Shown in pieces: positions 29,665-39,500 of a stretch of 64,000 bases of DNA. A model generated the notes under the pieces. The model had not been told where the DNA came from. It did not search any database and saw only the letters and a list, made by a program, of their open reading frames with translations. Position numbers and translations under genes: made by a program. The stretch comes from an uncultured Candidatus Saccharibacteria bacterium. GTDB taxonomy: Bacteria; Patescibacteriota; Minisyncoccia; 2-02-FULL-40-12; GWA2-44-9. Every line of letters begins with the position of its first letter. Within the stretch, counting starts at the first letter, position 1. The stretch covers positions 7,303-71,302 of the forward strand of contig CAZENF010000001.1 of the NCBI GenBank assembly GCA_964513645.1, given 5' to 3'.

Positions 29665-30447
29665 ATGAAAAATGAAAAATTAATCCGGGCAGGTCTCGTT
29701 TTAGCGGCCGTGCTGCTCGTTTTTTTTATTTTTAAAACCTTGCCGTTGTTTAAAGGTACTGCAAATTTGATCGACAAGGTCCGGATATTTTCTTATGAGC
29801 GGATAAGCTTCATCGGAGATTTGGGCAAAGAGATAGCTAAATTCAGAACTCTCGAGCAGGAAAATATGAGACTGAACGAGGAGAACAGAGAGTTAACCGC
29901 TCAACTTGCCGGCAGTGCCGAACTTAAAGTTCAAAACGATTTTTTGAGAGAATCTTTAGGGATACCGGCAATAAGGGGCAGAAGTATCAATGAAGCGGGT
30001 GTTTACAATGTCCAAACCACACCCAAAGGAGAATTCGTTCTGATAAATAAGGGCGGTGGGGATGGTTTAAAAAAAGACGATATAGTGATCTCTTCTTCAG
30101 GGATATTGATCGGTATTATTGATAAAGTTTTTGATAAAAGCTCACAAGTAATGATGGTTAGCAGTTCTGATTTTAAAATTACTGTGGCAATCCTTCTTAA
30201 AACTACCTCCGGCATCGCTCAAGGAGCATTGAATGAAGGTATGACCATAGATCTCGTGTCCCAAAACGAAGATATTAATGTTGGAGATACTGTCGTCAGC
30301 AGCGGAAACGATATCTTCCCGCCGGGTTTGGTAGTAGGCAAGGTTCTGAATGTCGAATCTAATAATGCCAATCTGTTCAAAACTATAAAAGTACGTCCGG
30401 CTCTGAATGACATTAATTTGAGCCGAGTACTGATAGTAAGCCAATAA
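29665..30447 (+). CDS. mreC: Rod shape-determining protein MreC
   Basis: TM plus coiled coil, INKG...G, GDTVVSSG..IFPPGL.VG; synteny. Confidence 0.9.
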   Translation: MKNEKLIRAGLVLAAVLLVFFIFKTLPLFKGTANLIDKVRIFSYERISFIGDLGKEIAKFRTLEQENMRLNEENRELTAQLAGSAELKVQNDFLRESLGIPAIRGRSINEAGVYNVQTTPKGEFVLINKGGGDGLKKDDIVISSSGILIGIIDKVFDKSSQVMMVSSSDFKITVAILLKTTSGIAQGALNEGMTIDLVSQNEDINVGDTVVSSGNDIFPPGLVVGKVLNVESNNANLFKTIKVRPALNDINLSRVLIVSQ

Positions 30448-30449
30448 AA

Positions 30450-30944
30450 ATGATAACCTTAACTTTTTTATTTTTACTTCTGCTTGAAAACATGTTCTTG
30501 CCGGCTCTGATAGGGCCCAAGCCGATCCTTATAACACCTCTTTTTATAATCGCTATCCTGATCTACCGGAAGGATTGGAAAATATTCATACTTCAGGCGG
30601 TTCCTTTGGTTCTTTTAGAAGAATTTTTTACCGGCATCGGTTTTGGAAGGATTTTATTGCCAATAACCTTTACCTGGCTTCTTTATGTCTGGACGGACAA
30701 ATTTATTAACCTAAATGACGATTTAAAAGAAGACATCTCACCTAAAGGTCTTCTGGTTGCTTCGGCCGTCCTGGCGCTCTTTGTGTTCTTTTATTCCGGC
30801 TTATTTATATTTTCCGACAACGGATACAATGTTTTAAAAAGTTTTGTCCAATTTGAATTATTTTTTAAAAATTCTCTATTAAGTATCCTCGGCTGGTCAT
30901 TGGCCATATCGATACTTTTTAAATATGTTTTTAAAAAGAAATAA
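30450..30944 (+). CDS. mreD: MreD-like membrane protein
   Basis: Hydrophobic 164 aa between mreC and mrdA. Confidence 0.65.
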   Translation: MITLTFLFLLLLENMFLPALIGPKPILITPLFIIAILIYRKDWKIFILQAVPLVLLEEFFTGIGFGRILLPITFTWLLYVWTDKFINLNDDLKEDISPKGLLVASAVLALFVFFYSGLFIFSDNGYNVLKSFVQFELFFKNSLLSILGWSLAISILFKYVFKKK

Positions 30945-32805
30945 AAAATATTCGATATCGTTCGACAGTGAGGACTGGGTGACGCCCGAAGAAACTCTCT
31001 TGGATTCAGGAAGCAAATATTCGGATATAGAAAAACCTATTTATCCCTCGATATTCCAGCTATTTCTGATCTTGTTCTCTTTAGGATTAGGGGTAGTTTT
31101 GATCTTTACTTTTAAAATAGCGGTTCTTGACCATGCCGGGTATGACCGTCTTGCGTCCCAGAATAAATCCGCAAATTTTCCGTTATCTCCTCCGCGGGGA
31201 ATGATAACAGATCACAACGGAAAGGCACTTTTACAGAATGTTCCGGTTTTCAACTTATTGGCAATAACAAGAGAAATAAAAGATTCCTCGGACGGTGTGA
31301 GCATTATGAGCAAAATATCGGCAATACTTGGACAAGATCCGCAAACCTTCAGTACAGCCGTAAAAGAAGATATGAAAAATAACAGCACGTTTTTTGTCGC
31401 AACAGATATTACCAAAGACCAAGCGATAGCCGTCAAATATCTGCAACCTCAAGGTTTCTATGTAGTTTCAGATACAAAAAGGAACTATTTTGAAGGCCAG
31501 AAATTCTCTCAAATCTTAGGATACACAGGTAAGGTCTCAAAAGACGACCTCGGAGATCCTTATTATTACTCAACCGATCTTACCGGCCGTTTGGGTATCG
31601 AGGGTTTTTATGAAAAAGAGCTGAGAGGAGAACATGGCAGTATATTTTTTTCAAAAGACCAAGTAAATTACATCGCCAAAGAACCTCTTCCTGGCGATAA
31701 TATCGTTTTAAATATTGACCATGACCTGCAAATAAAACTTTACGATGAACTGCATGCGGTTCTAAGCGAATCAGGTTTGTCGCGCGGAGCAGGAATAATC
31801 CAAGACCCGAAGACTGGAGCAGTGCTGGCCTTGGTGAGTTTTCCAGCATATGACAACAACATTTTTTCGGGCGGCGTTTCCCAGGAAGAATACAAAAATT
31901 TATTCAATAACCGGGCCAAACCTCTTTTCAACCGGATAGTAAGCGGCTTATATAACCCCGGCTCTACGATAAAACCCTTCATAGGCATGACCGCTCTTCA
32001 GGAAAAAGTAATAACTCCTTCAGATACCATAACCGACTGTGTAAGCTTAACCGTTCCTAATCCGTTCAACCCTTCAAGTCCTTATGTTTTTAAGAACTGG
32101 AGAACTGATTACGGACTTTTTAATCTACGAAGGTCGATCGCAAATTCCTGTAACATATTTTTCTTCACGGTCGGAGGAGGACATGACAAGATAAAGGGTT
32201 TGGGAGCGGATAGAATCGCTAATTATCTTAAATCCGGATTTGCCGATTCTGAATTGGGCATAGATCTTCCGGGTGAAACCAATGGCTTTATACCGACGCC
32301 GGATTGGAAATTAAAAACCAAAGGAGAACAATGGTACCTCGGCGATACCTATAACACTTCCATCGGCCAAGGAGATCTTTTGGTAACACCTTTATGGCTT
32401 AACGGCTATATTTCTGCCATTGCTAACGGCGGCACATTCTATAAACCAGAAATGGTAGGGACAATAAAAGACCAGAACGGAAGTATAATCCAAAGTTTTA
32501 AATCAACTCAATTGGGCCAACTGCCCTTTTCAAAAGACGTGATCAATATTGTCAGAGACGATATGACCGAAACGGTCAATTCCGGAACAGCCCAGATCCT
32601 TAAAGACCTTCCTGTGAAAGCCGCCGCTAAAACCGGGACCGCCGAGGTCGTAAAAGGTAAGTCTATCAACTCTCTTTTTACCGTATTTGCCCCGTACGAT
32701 AATCCGCAACTGGCAATGACAATTCTAATTGAAGGTTCGGCTTCGAACCAAGGTTTAGCCATCCGAGCGGCCCATAACGTATTAAAATGGTATTTTTCGA
32801 AATGA
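30925..32805 (+). CDS. mrdA: Penicillin-binding protein 2
   Basis: PPRGMI, PGSTIKP, SCN, KTGTAE. Confidence 0.93.
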   Translation: MFLKRNKKYSISFDSEDWVTPEETLLDSGSKYSDIEKPIYPSIFQLFLILFSLGLGVVLIFTFKIAVLDHAGYDRLASQNKSANFPLSPPRGMITDHNGKALLQNVPVFNLLAITREIKDSSDGVSIMSKISAILGQDPQTFSTAVKEDMKNNSTFFVATDITKDQAIAVKYLQPQGFYVVSDTKRNYFEGQKFSQILGYTGKVSKDDLGDPYYYSTDLTGRLGIEGFYEKELRGEHGSIFFSKDQVNYIAKEPLPGDNIVLNIDHDLQIKLYDELHAVLSESGLSRGAGIIQDPKTGAVLALVSFPAYDNNIFSGGVSQEEYKNLFNNRAKPLFNRIVSGLYNPGSTIKPFIGMTALQEKVITPSDTITDCVSLTVPNPFNPSSPYVFKNWRTDYGLFNLRRSIANSCNIFFFTVGGGHDKIKGLGADRIANYLKSGFADSELGIDLPGETNGFIPTPDWKLKTKGEQWYLGDTYNTSIGQGDLLVTPLWLNGYISAIANGGTFYKPEMVGTIKDQNGSIIQSFKSTQLGQLPFSKDVINIVRDDMTETVNSGTAQILKDLPVKAAAKTGTAEVVKGKSINSLFTVFAPYDNPQLAMTILIEGSASNQGLAIRAAHNVLKWYFSK

Positions 32806-32869
32806 ACTTGCTCTTTATTTAGGATTATGTTATGCTTTCTCCTAACTTGCTATAATATATAAACTATGG

Positions 32870-32984
32870 ATCCCGAACGAAGCAGTATTAACTTCAGACG
32901 GGATAATGATTAGCTCCTCCTTTTGGGGATGTGAATGTCAACCGTTTGACCTTCAAACCCTGTAAGGGCTGCTTCGTACGGGAT
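32870..32984 (+). ncRNA. Rod-shaped structured RNA candidate upstream of greA (mini-6S-like or leader)
   Basis: 15/16-bp closing stem 32870-32885/32969-32984, central bubble, inner stem tcagacgg/ccgtttga; TG-TATAAT at 32851. Confidence 0.55.
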
Positions 32985-33444
32985 GGACAATCAATATTTT
33001 ACCCCGGAAGGGCTTGAAAAATTAAAGAAAGAGTATGAAGAACGGATGACCGTTCTCAGACCTGAAATAGCTCGACGGCTTAAGGAAGCCAAGGAAGAGG
33101 GTGATATTTCCGAGAACGCCGCTTTTGATGCGGCTAAAGAGGCTCAGGCGGTGAATGAAGGCCGTATCGAAGAGATAAAAGCCATTCTCGAGAACGTTAA
33201 AGTTGTCAAAGGCAGTTCAGGCAAAAGCACCGTCGATGTGGGTTCATCGGTCAAAGTGGAGTCAAAAAGCCATGGCACAAAAGAATTTGTGATCGTCGGC
33301 GCAGCCGAATCCGATCCTCTTAAAGGTTTTATTTCAAATGAATCACCTTTGGGCAGCGCCTTCATGGGCCACAAAAAAGGCGAGAAAATTAAGGTCAAAA
33401 CTCCGAAAGGCGAAGTAGAATACAAAATACTCGATGTTAAATAA
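32983..33444 (+). CDS. greA: Transcription elongation factor GreA
   Basis: TPEGLEKL, EGDISENA, ISNESPLG. Confidence 0.96.
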   Translation: MDNQYFTPEGLEKLKKEYEERMTVLRPEIARRLKEAKEEGDISENAAFDAAKEAQAVNEGRIEEIKAILENVKVVKGSSGKSTVDVGSSVKVESKSHGTKEFVIVGAAESDPLKGFISNESPLGSAFMGHKKGEKIKVKTPKGEVEYKILDVK

Positions 33445-33474
33445 AAATCCCCCGCCTGTGGCGGGGGATTTTTT
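33444..33474. terminator. Bidirectional terminator between greA and dut
   Basis: aaaaatcccccgc-ctgtg-gcgggggattttt. Confidence 0.8.
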
Positions 33475-34114
33475 AACGTATGCCGGTCGAGCCGAAACCT
33501 TGAACACCTCTTTCTGTCGAGGACATGACATCTTCAGAGCTTAACAATACCAGTCTCGGGATGATTGCTTTCTGAAATATGACTTGGGCGATTCTCATGC
33601 CGTGTTTCAAGAGAAAAGGATGCTCATTTCTGTTAAATACCAGAACTCCGGCCTCTCCGCGATAATCAAGGTCAACCGTTCCGGGAGCATTCGTAACTGT
33701 TATACCCCATTTAGCCGCCAAACCGCTGCGCGGTGCAACCCAGTAGAACATCGGCCACTTCATTTCAGTTTTGAATCCGATACCAACCAGAACTGATTCA
33801 TTCGGATCCATCTCATACGCAAGTTCATTACCATTCTCACCGGGAACTATTGTAACATGCCTCTCAACATAAGGGTTGTCGGCAGGTATGTTTTTAAAGT
33901 CAAAAAGAGTCTTTCTAAGCAAAGGATTTGAAAGGTCCATCTCCATAGGCGATACGACCGCCCTTATTGAAACATCAAATCCGATAGCACCGGAGGTTTT
34001 CATTTCAGGCATATTGCCGCCGGGCAAAAGACATATCTTAACGGGAGGTTTATTCATCTGTAATTCGCTGTTAAATAGCTGGCCATAGTATAAAAGAATG
34101 TCCCATATTTTCAA
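33473..34114 (-). CDS. dut: dUTP diphosphatase (start uncertain)
   Basis: AIGFD, PRSGLA, GTVDLDYRGE, RIAQ, RGVQGFGSTG. Confidence 0.93.
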   Translation of the reverse strand: MKIWDILLYYGQLFNSELQMNKPPVKICLLPGGNMPEMKTSGAIGFDVSIRAVVSPMEMDLSNPLLRKTLFDFKNIPADNPYVERHVTIVPGENGNELAYEMDPNESVLVGIGFKTEMKWPMFYWVAPRSGLAAKWGITVTNAPGTVDLDYRGEAGVLVFNRNEHPFLLKHGMRIAQVIFQKAIIPRLVLLSSEDVMSSTERGVQGFGSTGIR

Positions 34115-34153
34115 TATTTACCCAAATTAGATTAATTGTTATAATTTAGAATC

Positions 34154-35599
34154 ATGTCACTTGAAGAGATACGCAAAACTAAGATAGAAAAAATCAATAA
34201 ACTCCGGAAAGCCGGCCTTGACCCGTATCCGGCTTCTTCTACTCGGACGCATAAAATAAGCCAAGTTGTTGAAAATTTTGATAACTTAACCCACGAAATC
34301 ACCATCGTCGGACGGATCATGGCCAGGCGAGAACACGGCGGTTCGATGTTCTTTGACGTAAGAGACGAAAGCGGTAAATTCCAAGGATTTATCAAAGAAG
34401 ACTCTGCCGGCAAAGAAGTATTTTCAAGATTTTTTGACCTGGTTGATATAGGCGATATTGTAGAATTAACCGGTCCGCTGTTTAAAACCAAGAAAGAAGA
34501 AAAAACTCTCGAGGTTAAAAAATTCAGAATATTAACCAAAGCTCTCCTGCCTTTACCTGAAAAATGGCATGGACTTCAGGATACCGAAGAACGTCTAAGA
34601 AAAAGGTATCTTGATCTGATAATGAATCCTGATGAAAAAGAACTTTTCTTCAAAAAAACCAAATTTTGGCAGTCGATCAGGGAATACCTTCTTAAAGAAG
34701 GCGGGCTTGAAGTCGAAACTCCGGTTCTGGAAATGATACCCGGTGGCGCCGATGCTGAACCGTTCATGACACATTTGAATGCCCTTAACATCGATTTATT
34801 CCTCCGTATCTCGCTTGAACTTAACTTAAAACGTCTTCTGGTCGCCGGTTATGAAAAAGTTTTTGAGATCGGACGCATATTCCGGAACGAAGGAATGGAT
34901 AAAGAACATCTTCAGGATTATACTCAGATGGAAATGTATTGGGCTTATATCGATTACGATCATTTAATGAAAATAATCGAGGAACTTTACCGAACAGCGG
35001 TTAAAGCGACTTTAGGTGGTCTGACTCACAAATATCAAGATCAGGAGATCAATTGGGGTCAGAATTGGAAAAAATATGACTATTATAGCGAATTTAAAAA
35101 TCATACTGGCCTTAATCTTCCTGAAACTTCGGAAAAAGACCTCAAAAATTATGCCGAAAAAGAGCATATCGACACTTCAAAACATATCGGCCGCGGACGC
35201 TTGATAGATGTAATCTTCAAGAAAAAAGTTCGCCCGAGTCTAATAGAACCTGGTTTCCTGGTACTGCCACCGGTAGATATTGAACCCTTGGCCAAGAGAT
35301 GGTCTGAAGACCCGAACCGAGTTGAACGTTTTCAGGTTATGGCTGGAGGAACAGAGCTGGGTAAAGGTTTTTCCGAATTGAACGATCCACTTGATCAAAG
35401 ACAAAGATTTGAAGAACAAGCTAAACTTGGAGAAGCAGGGGACAAAGAAGCTCAGCGCATGGATGAGGATTTTATTACCGCTCTCGAATACGGTATGCCT
35501 CCGGCGGCCGGATTCGGGATGTCAGAAAGATTTTTTGCCTTTTTAACAGATAAACCGGTTAGAGAAGCGGTATTTTTTCCTTTGATGAGACCCAGATAA
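34154..35599 (+). CDS. lysS: Lysine--tRNA ligase (class II)
   Basis: LPEKWHGL, RYLDL, FRNEG, YGMPPAAGFG. Confidence 0.96.
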   Translation: MSLEEIRKTKIEKINKLRKAGLDPYPASSTRTHKISQVVENFDNLTHEITIVGRIMARREHGGSMFFDVRDESGKFQGFIKEDSAGKEVFSRFFDLVDIGDIVELTGPLFKTKKEEKTLEVKKFRILTKALLPLPEKWHGLQDTEERLRKRYLDLIMNPDEKELFFKKTKFWQSIREYLLKEGGLEVETPVLEMIPGGADAEPFMTHLNALNIDLFLRISLELNLKRLLVAGYEKVFEIGRIFRNEGMDKEHLQDYTQMEMYWAYIDYDHLMKIIEELYRTAVKATLGGLTHKYQDQEINWGQNWKKYDYYSEFKNHTGLNLPETSEKDLKNYAEKEHIDTSKHIGRGRLIDVIFKKKVRPSLIEPGFLVLPPVDIEPLAKRWSEDPNRVERFQVMAGGTELGKGFSELNDPLDQRQRFEEQAKLGEAGDKEAQRMDEDFITALEYGMPPAAGFGMSERFFAFLTDKPVREAVFFPLMRPR

Positions 35600-35607
35600 G
35601 AGATCTT

Positions 35608-36849
35608 ATGTTAGATATAAAATTCATACGTCAAAATAAAGATTTAGTTCAACAAAGCATCTCCGATCGGAGAATGAATGTTGACTTGGACGAATTATTT
35701 GGACTAGATGAAAAACGACGAACTTTGATAGTCAGAATAGAAGAAGGCCGGGCAACGAGAAATAAAGGTTCTCAAGATAAACCTTCGCCTGAAGAAATAG
35801 AAAAAATGAGAGCTCTTGGTAACAAGATATCTCAAATGGAAAAGGAGTTGGCCGATGTCGAGGTTGGTTTCAATGAATTACTGCTTAAAGTTCCCAACCT
35901 TATCCATCCGGACATACCCAGAGGAGCGGAAGAAGATTATCAAACCCTTGAAGAGCACGGCAAGGTACCTAAATTTGATTTCCCGGCCAAAGACCATGAA
36001 TCATTGATGCTCGATCTGAATCTGATAGATTTTGAACGGGGAGCAAAAGTGGCCGGAAATAAATTTTATTTTGCCAAAAATGAGTTGGTTCTATTGAACC
36101 AGGCTCTGATAAATTATGGCATAAATATTGTAACCAAACATGGTTTTGAACTGATAGAAACCCCGGATCTGGCCAAAGATTCCATTCTTTCGGGGGTCGG
36201 ATTTAATCCGCGTGGACCTGAAACACAGGTTTATTCAGTTGAAAAATCCGACCTAAGCTTAATAGGCACGGCTGAGATAACAATGGGCGGTTTTCACGCC
36301 AACGAGATACTTGATTTATCAGCCGGTCCAAAAAAATACGTCGCCTTGTCTCATTGCTACAGAACTGAAGCTGGCTCTTATGGGCGGGAATCCAAAGGCC
36401 TTTATCGAGTTCATCAATTCACAAAACTTGAAATGTTTATTTACTGTAAACCGGAAGAATCCGAAGCGATGCATAAACATATTCTTGATGTTGAGAAAGA
36501 AATAATGAACGGACTAGAACTGCCTTACAGGGTCATCGATATTGCTTCTGGCGATTTGGGTGCTCCGGCTTACAGAAAATATGATATTGAAGCTTGGATG
36601 ACGATGAAGAACAATTATGGTGAGATTACCAGTACTTCCAATTGTACTGATTATCAGGCTCGTCGGCTAAATATCCGTTACAGGAAATCCGACGGTGAAA
36701 CCGAACTTGTCCATACTTTGAACGGAACCGCTTTAACTTCGAGCCGTCTACCGATAGCCATATTTGAGAATAACCAAACCAAAGAAGGGAGAATTAAAAT
36801 ACCTGACGTCCTGCAAAAATATATGAGTATTAAAGAAATTAAAAAATAG
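35608..36849 (+). CDS. serS: Serine--tRNA ligase
   Basis: MLDIKFIR, LIGTAE, GLYRVHQF.KLE, SNCTDYQARR, HTLNGT. Confidence 0.96.
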   Translation: MLDIKFIRQNKDLVQQSISDRRMNVDLDELFGLDEKRRTLIVRIEEGRATRNKGSQDKPSPEEIEKMRALGNKISQMEKELADVEVGFNELLLKVPNLIHPDIPRGAEEDYQTLEEHGKVPKFDFPAKDHESLMLDLNLIDFERGAKVAGNKFYFAKNELVLLNQALINYGINIVTKHGFELIETPDLAKDSILSGVGFNPRGPETQVYSVEKSDLSLIGTAEITMGGFHANEILDLSAGPKKYVALSHCYRTEAGSYGRESKGLYRVHQFTKLEMFIYCKPEESEAMHKHILDVEKEIMNGLELPYRVIDIASGDLGAPAYRKYDIEAWMTMKNNYGEITSTSNCTDYQARRLNIRYRKSDGETELVHTLNGTALTSSRLPIAIFENNQTKEGRIKIPDVLQKYMSIKEIKK

Positions 36850-36851
36850 CC

Positions 36852-37649
36852 GTGCACAAGACTTATTCAAAATATAGTCCTTATGGCAGCGACCTGGCGC
36901 GTAAAAAACAGCGCCGTTTTTTTGTAAAGATCGGGCTAATATCGGCTGGAGTACTAAGTTTCACCGGAGGTTTGGTTTATTTATTTTTATTTTCTAAGGC
37001 CATGATCATAACCGAAGTTAACATCAACGGTTTAAAGACCGTGACTGTCGACCAAATTAACCCGATAATTGATTCCTTAAAAAATAAAAAACTCTTTAGT
37101 TTTTTAAGATTCGGGCAAAATATTCTTTTTTTTGATTCTAATTTCTTAAGAAGTCAGATAATCAACTCCTTCCCGATAGTTAAAAACGTTGAAATAAGCA
37201 AAGAATTCCCTCATAAAATAACTGTTGACATAGAAGAACGTTCTGCGGTCGGAACATGGTGCATAGACGAAAATTGTCGTTATTTTGACGAATCGGGTAT
37301 TCTTTGGGGCACTGCCGTTCGTTCGTCGGGCTCCCTTCTTCTCAACGTGGCGGATCTTACAGCCAGTAATTCGTATAACAAGATAGACAGCACCACCCTC
37401 AAACCTATACTGGACTCCGTTCAAGAATTGAATGCGTTGAATTTTAAAATAGAAAATATAGAAATAATGCCGGGCGGAATAGGAGATTTCAAAATATATA
37501 TTACCAACAGCTATTATATCCTTTTGAACACTGAAAGTGACATAAGCGGTCAGATCAAAGCCCTCAAACTGCTAATTGGCAACAATCCTCCTGATTTCAA
37601 ACCGAATTATATCGATCTTCGGATAGACGGAAGAATATATTACAAGTAA
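36852..37649 (+). CDS. ftsQ: Cell division protein FtsQ/DivIB
   Basis: N-terminal TM, POTRA (K.FP..I.V.I.ER), C-terminal YIDLR. Confidence 0.85.
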   Translation: MHKTYSKYSPYGSDLARKKQRRFFVKIGLISAGVLSFTGGLVYLFLFSKAMIITEVNINGLKTVTVDQINPIIDSLKNKKLFSFLRFGQNILFFDSNFLRSQIINSFPIVKNVEISKEFPHKITVDIEERSAVGTWCIDENCRYFDESGILWGTAVRSSGSLLLNVADLTASNSYNKIDSTTLKPILDSVQELNALNFKIENIEIMPGGIGDFKIYITNSYYILLNTESDISGQIKALKLLIGNNPPDFKPNYIDLRIDGRIYYK

Positions 37650-38650
37650 TGAGGGTAATAAAAAACCACCCGTTGGCTAAGTACACCACATTCCATATCG
37701 GCGGACCGGCCGAATTTTTTGCTGAGGTTAAAAATACCTCTGAATTGAAAGAGGCGGCCTATCTGGCGAAGCAAAAAAACTTAAAAATAAACATAATCGG
37801 AGGAGGCAGTAATTTATTAATTTCCGACAGAGGATTAAAAGGTTTAGTTTTAAAAATGAGTATCAAAGGGGTGAGTATAAAAAACAGCATCGTCTCGGCC
37901 GGAGCGGGTGAAGAGTGGAATAAGGTGGTGGCCAGAGCTGTTTCAAAAAATTTAAGCGGTATCGAAAATTTATCTCTTATCCCGGGAACTGTCGGCGGAG
38001 CGGTCTATCAGAACATCGGCGCTTACGGTTCCGAAGTTAAAGACGTACTTAAAGAAATACGGATATTCGATATTGAAAGTGGAAAAAATAGGATACTATC
38101 TGCTAAAGATTGCAGGTTCGGATATAGAGACAGTATCTTTCAGCATAAAAAATATCAAAATTATATAATAACCGGCGCAACTTTTGTCTTGTCTAAAAAG
38201 TTCGAACCCAAAATTAATTATCCTGATCTTAAAAAATATTTTGCCAAAAGAAATAAAATATCAGTAAAAGATGTCCGAAGTGCGATAATAAAAATAAGGA
38301 GGTTTAAACTTGTTTATCCTTCGGCCAAAATAGGTACGGCAGGTTCGTTTTTCAAAAACCCCATTGTAGCTGAAATTTTTTACCAACGGTTGATAGCCGA
38401 AAACCCGGATATCAAGAGCATAAGAACAAATAAAGGTTTCAAGCTTTCCGCCGGTCAATTAATAGAAATGTCCGGTTGGAAGGGCCAGCGGATGTCAAAT
38501 ACCGGTGTTTCCGCAAAACATGCCCTGGTTCTAGTGAACTATACGAACGGAAAGGCCGAGGAAATACTTTCTCTGGCCGCTCTGATCACAAGATCTGTAA
38601 AACATAATTTTGGAATTAAGTTGGAACCAGAAGTTAAAATAATGGCTTAA
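37649..38650 (+). CDS. murB: UDP-N-acetylenolpyruvoylglucosamine reductase
   Basis: TTFHIGG, GGGSN, IPGTVGGA, GSFFKNP, LEPEV. Confidence 0.96.
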   Translation: MRVIKNHPLAKYTTFHIGGPAEFFAEVKNTSELKEAAYLAKQKNLKINIIGGGSNLLISDRGLKGLVLKMSIKGVSIKNSIVSAGAGEEWNKVVARAVSKNLSGIENLSLIPGTVGGAVYQNIGAYGSEVKDVLKEIRIFDIESGKNRILSAKDCRFGYRDSIFQHKKYQNYIITGATFVLSKKFEPKINYPDLKKYFAKRNKISVKDVRSAIIKIRRFKLVYPSAKIGTAGSFFKNPIVAEIFYQRLIAENPDIKSIRTNKGFKLSAGQLIEMSGWKGQRMSNTGVSAKHALVLVNYTNGKAEEILSLAALITRSVKHNFGIKLEPEVKIMA

Positions 38651-38751
38651 AACCTAAGTTTTTCTGCTATTGATTTATAAATTAATCTATTGTATAATAT
38701 GAATATCAGTTCTTTCCCGCTTTCCAAGCATTAAGGTTCATAGGAGGTCAG

Positions 38752-39087
38752 ATGAATTACAGCAATCTCGGCGGAACTTTCGTTTCCGAATCAGGTGCCA
38801 GGGGAGATACAGTTCACGCATCGACGACGTTTCTGCCAGATGTCGTAGACGAAGAGCGGAGGGTTTCCGGCAAAGATCCTCTACTTCACCGCCGTCTGTC
38901 GAAACAGATCAGGAGATCCGAATACTCGGTCAGCGAACACAACCCGCGAACCGGCCGTTCGACCTACAGACCCGATGCGGCGGTCTGGCCTCTGAACTGT
39001 CGTTTCATCGAATCCGACGACGTCGCGAGCGGAATTCTCGATCCCGAGCAACTCATGATTGCCAGGGAGATCGGGCTTGAGGAGTAG
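38752..39087 (+). CDS. Hypothetical protein (GC-richer than flanks)
   Basis: SD aggagg, upstream TATAAT, downstream hairpin 39115-39138. Confidence 0.55.
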   Translation: MNYSNLGGTFVSESGARGDTVHASTTFLPDVVDEERRVSGKDPLLHRRLSKQIRRSEYSVSEHNPRTGRSTYRPDAAVWPLNCRFIESDDVASGILDPEQLMIAREIGLEE

Positions 39088-39150
39088 TAAAATCCGTAAA
39101 GGGCTAGTACGGCAAGGCCCCCGTTCAAACGGGGGCCTCTTCATTTTTAA

Positions 39151-39423
39151 TTATTTTTTAAATGTATTCAAAAAACCGAATATATCGCCAACTTCTTTAC
39201 GTAAATTGTCTATTTTTGTGTTGAGTTCCCGGGTCATCCGGTTAAGTTCTTCGAGACGCATTTCCCAAGTCATCGGTACTGCTCCAATAGCATGCCCGCA
39301 AGGATAAGCAACAGCCGTAAAAGAAGGAGACCCGCGATATCCGCTAAAAGAGCTCGGATCATGAGCTTCGTAATGAACATTTGAGATCAACTGTTCACAT
39401 TTTGGGCATTTTGCATTTTGCAT
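39151..39423 (-). CDS. Small Zn-ribbon plus coiled-coil protein
   Basis: MQNAKCPKC...PCGH followed by heptad-rich tail. Confidence 0.6.
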   Translation of the reverse strand: MQNAKCPKCEQLISNVHYEAHDPSSFSGYRGSPSFTAVAYPCGHAIGAVPMTWEMRLEELNRMTRELNTKIDNLRKEVGDIFGFLNTFKK

Positions 39424-39500
39424 GTTAGTATTAAGAGGTGGTTTAACCTTACATTGTCCCACAAAACTAAATACGCAACAAGCAAAAAGTTATCAACAAG

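Noticed and set aside
32870-32984. SRP (4.5S) RNA
   Set aside because: Lacks the conserved SRP helix-8 motif with its GNRA tetraloop and symmetric internal loop.
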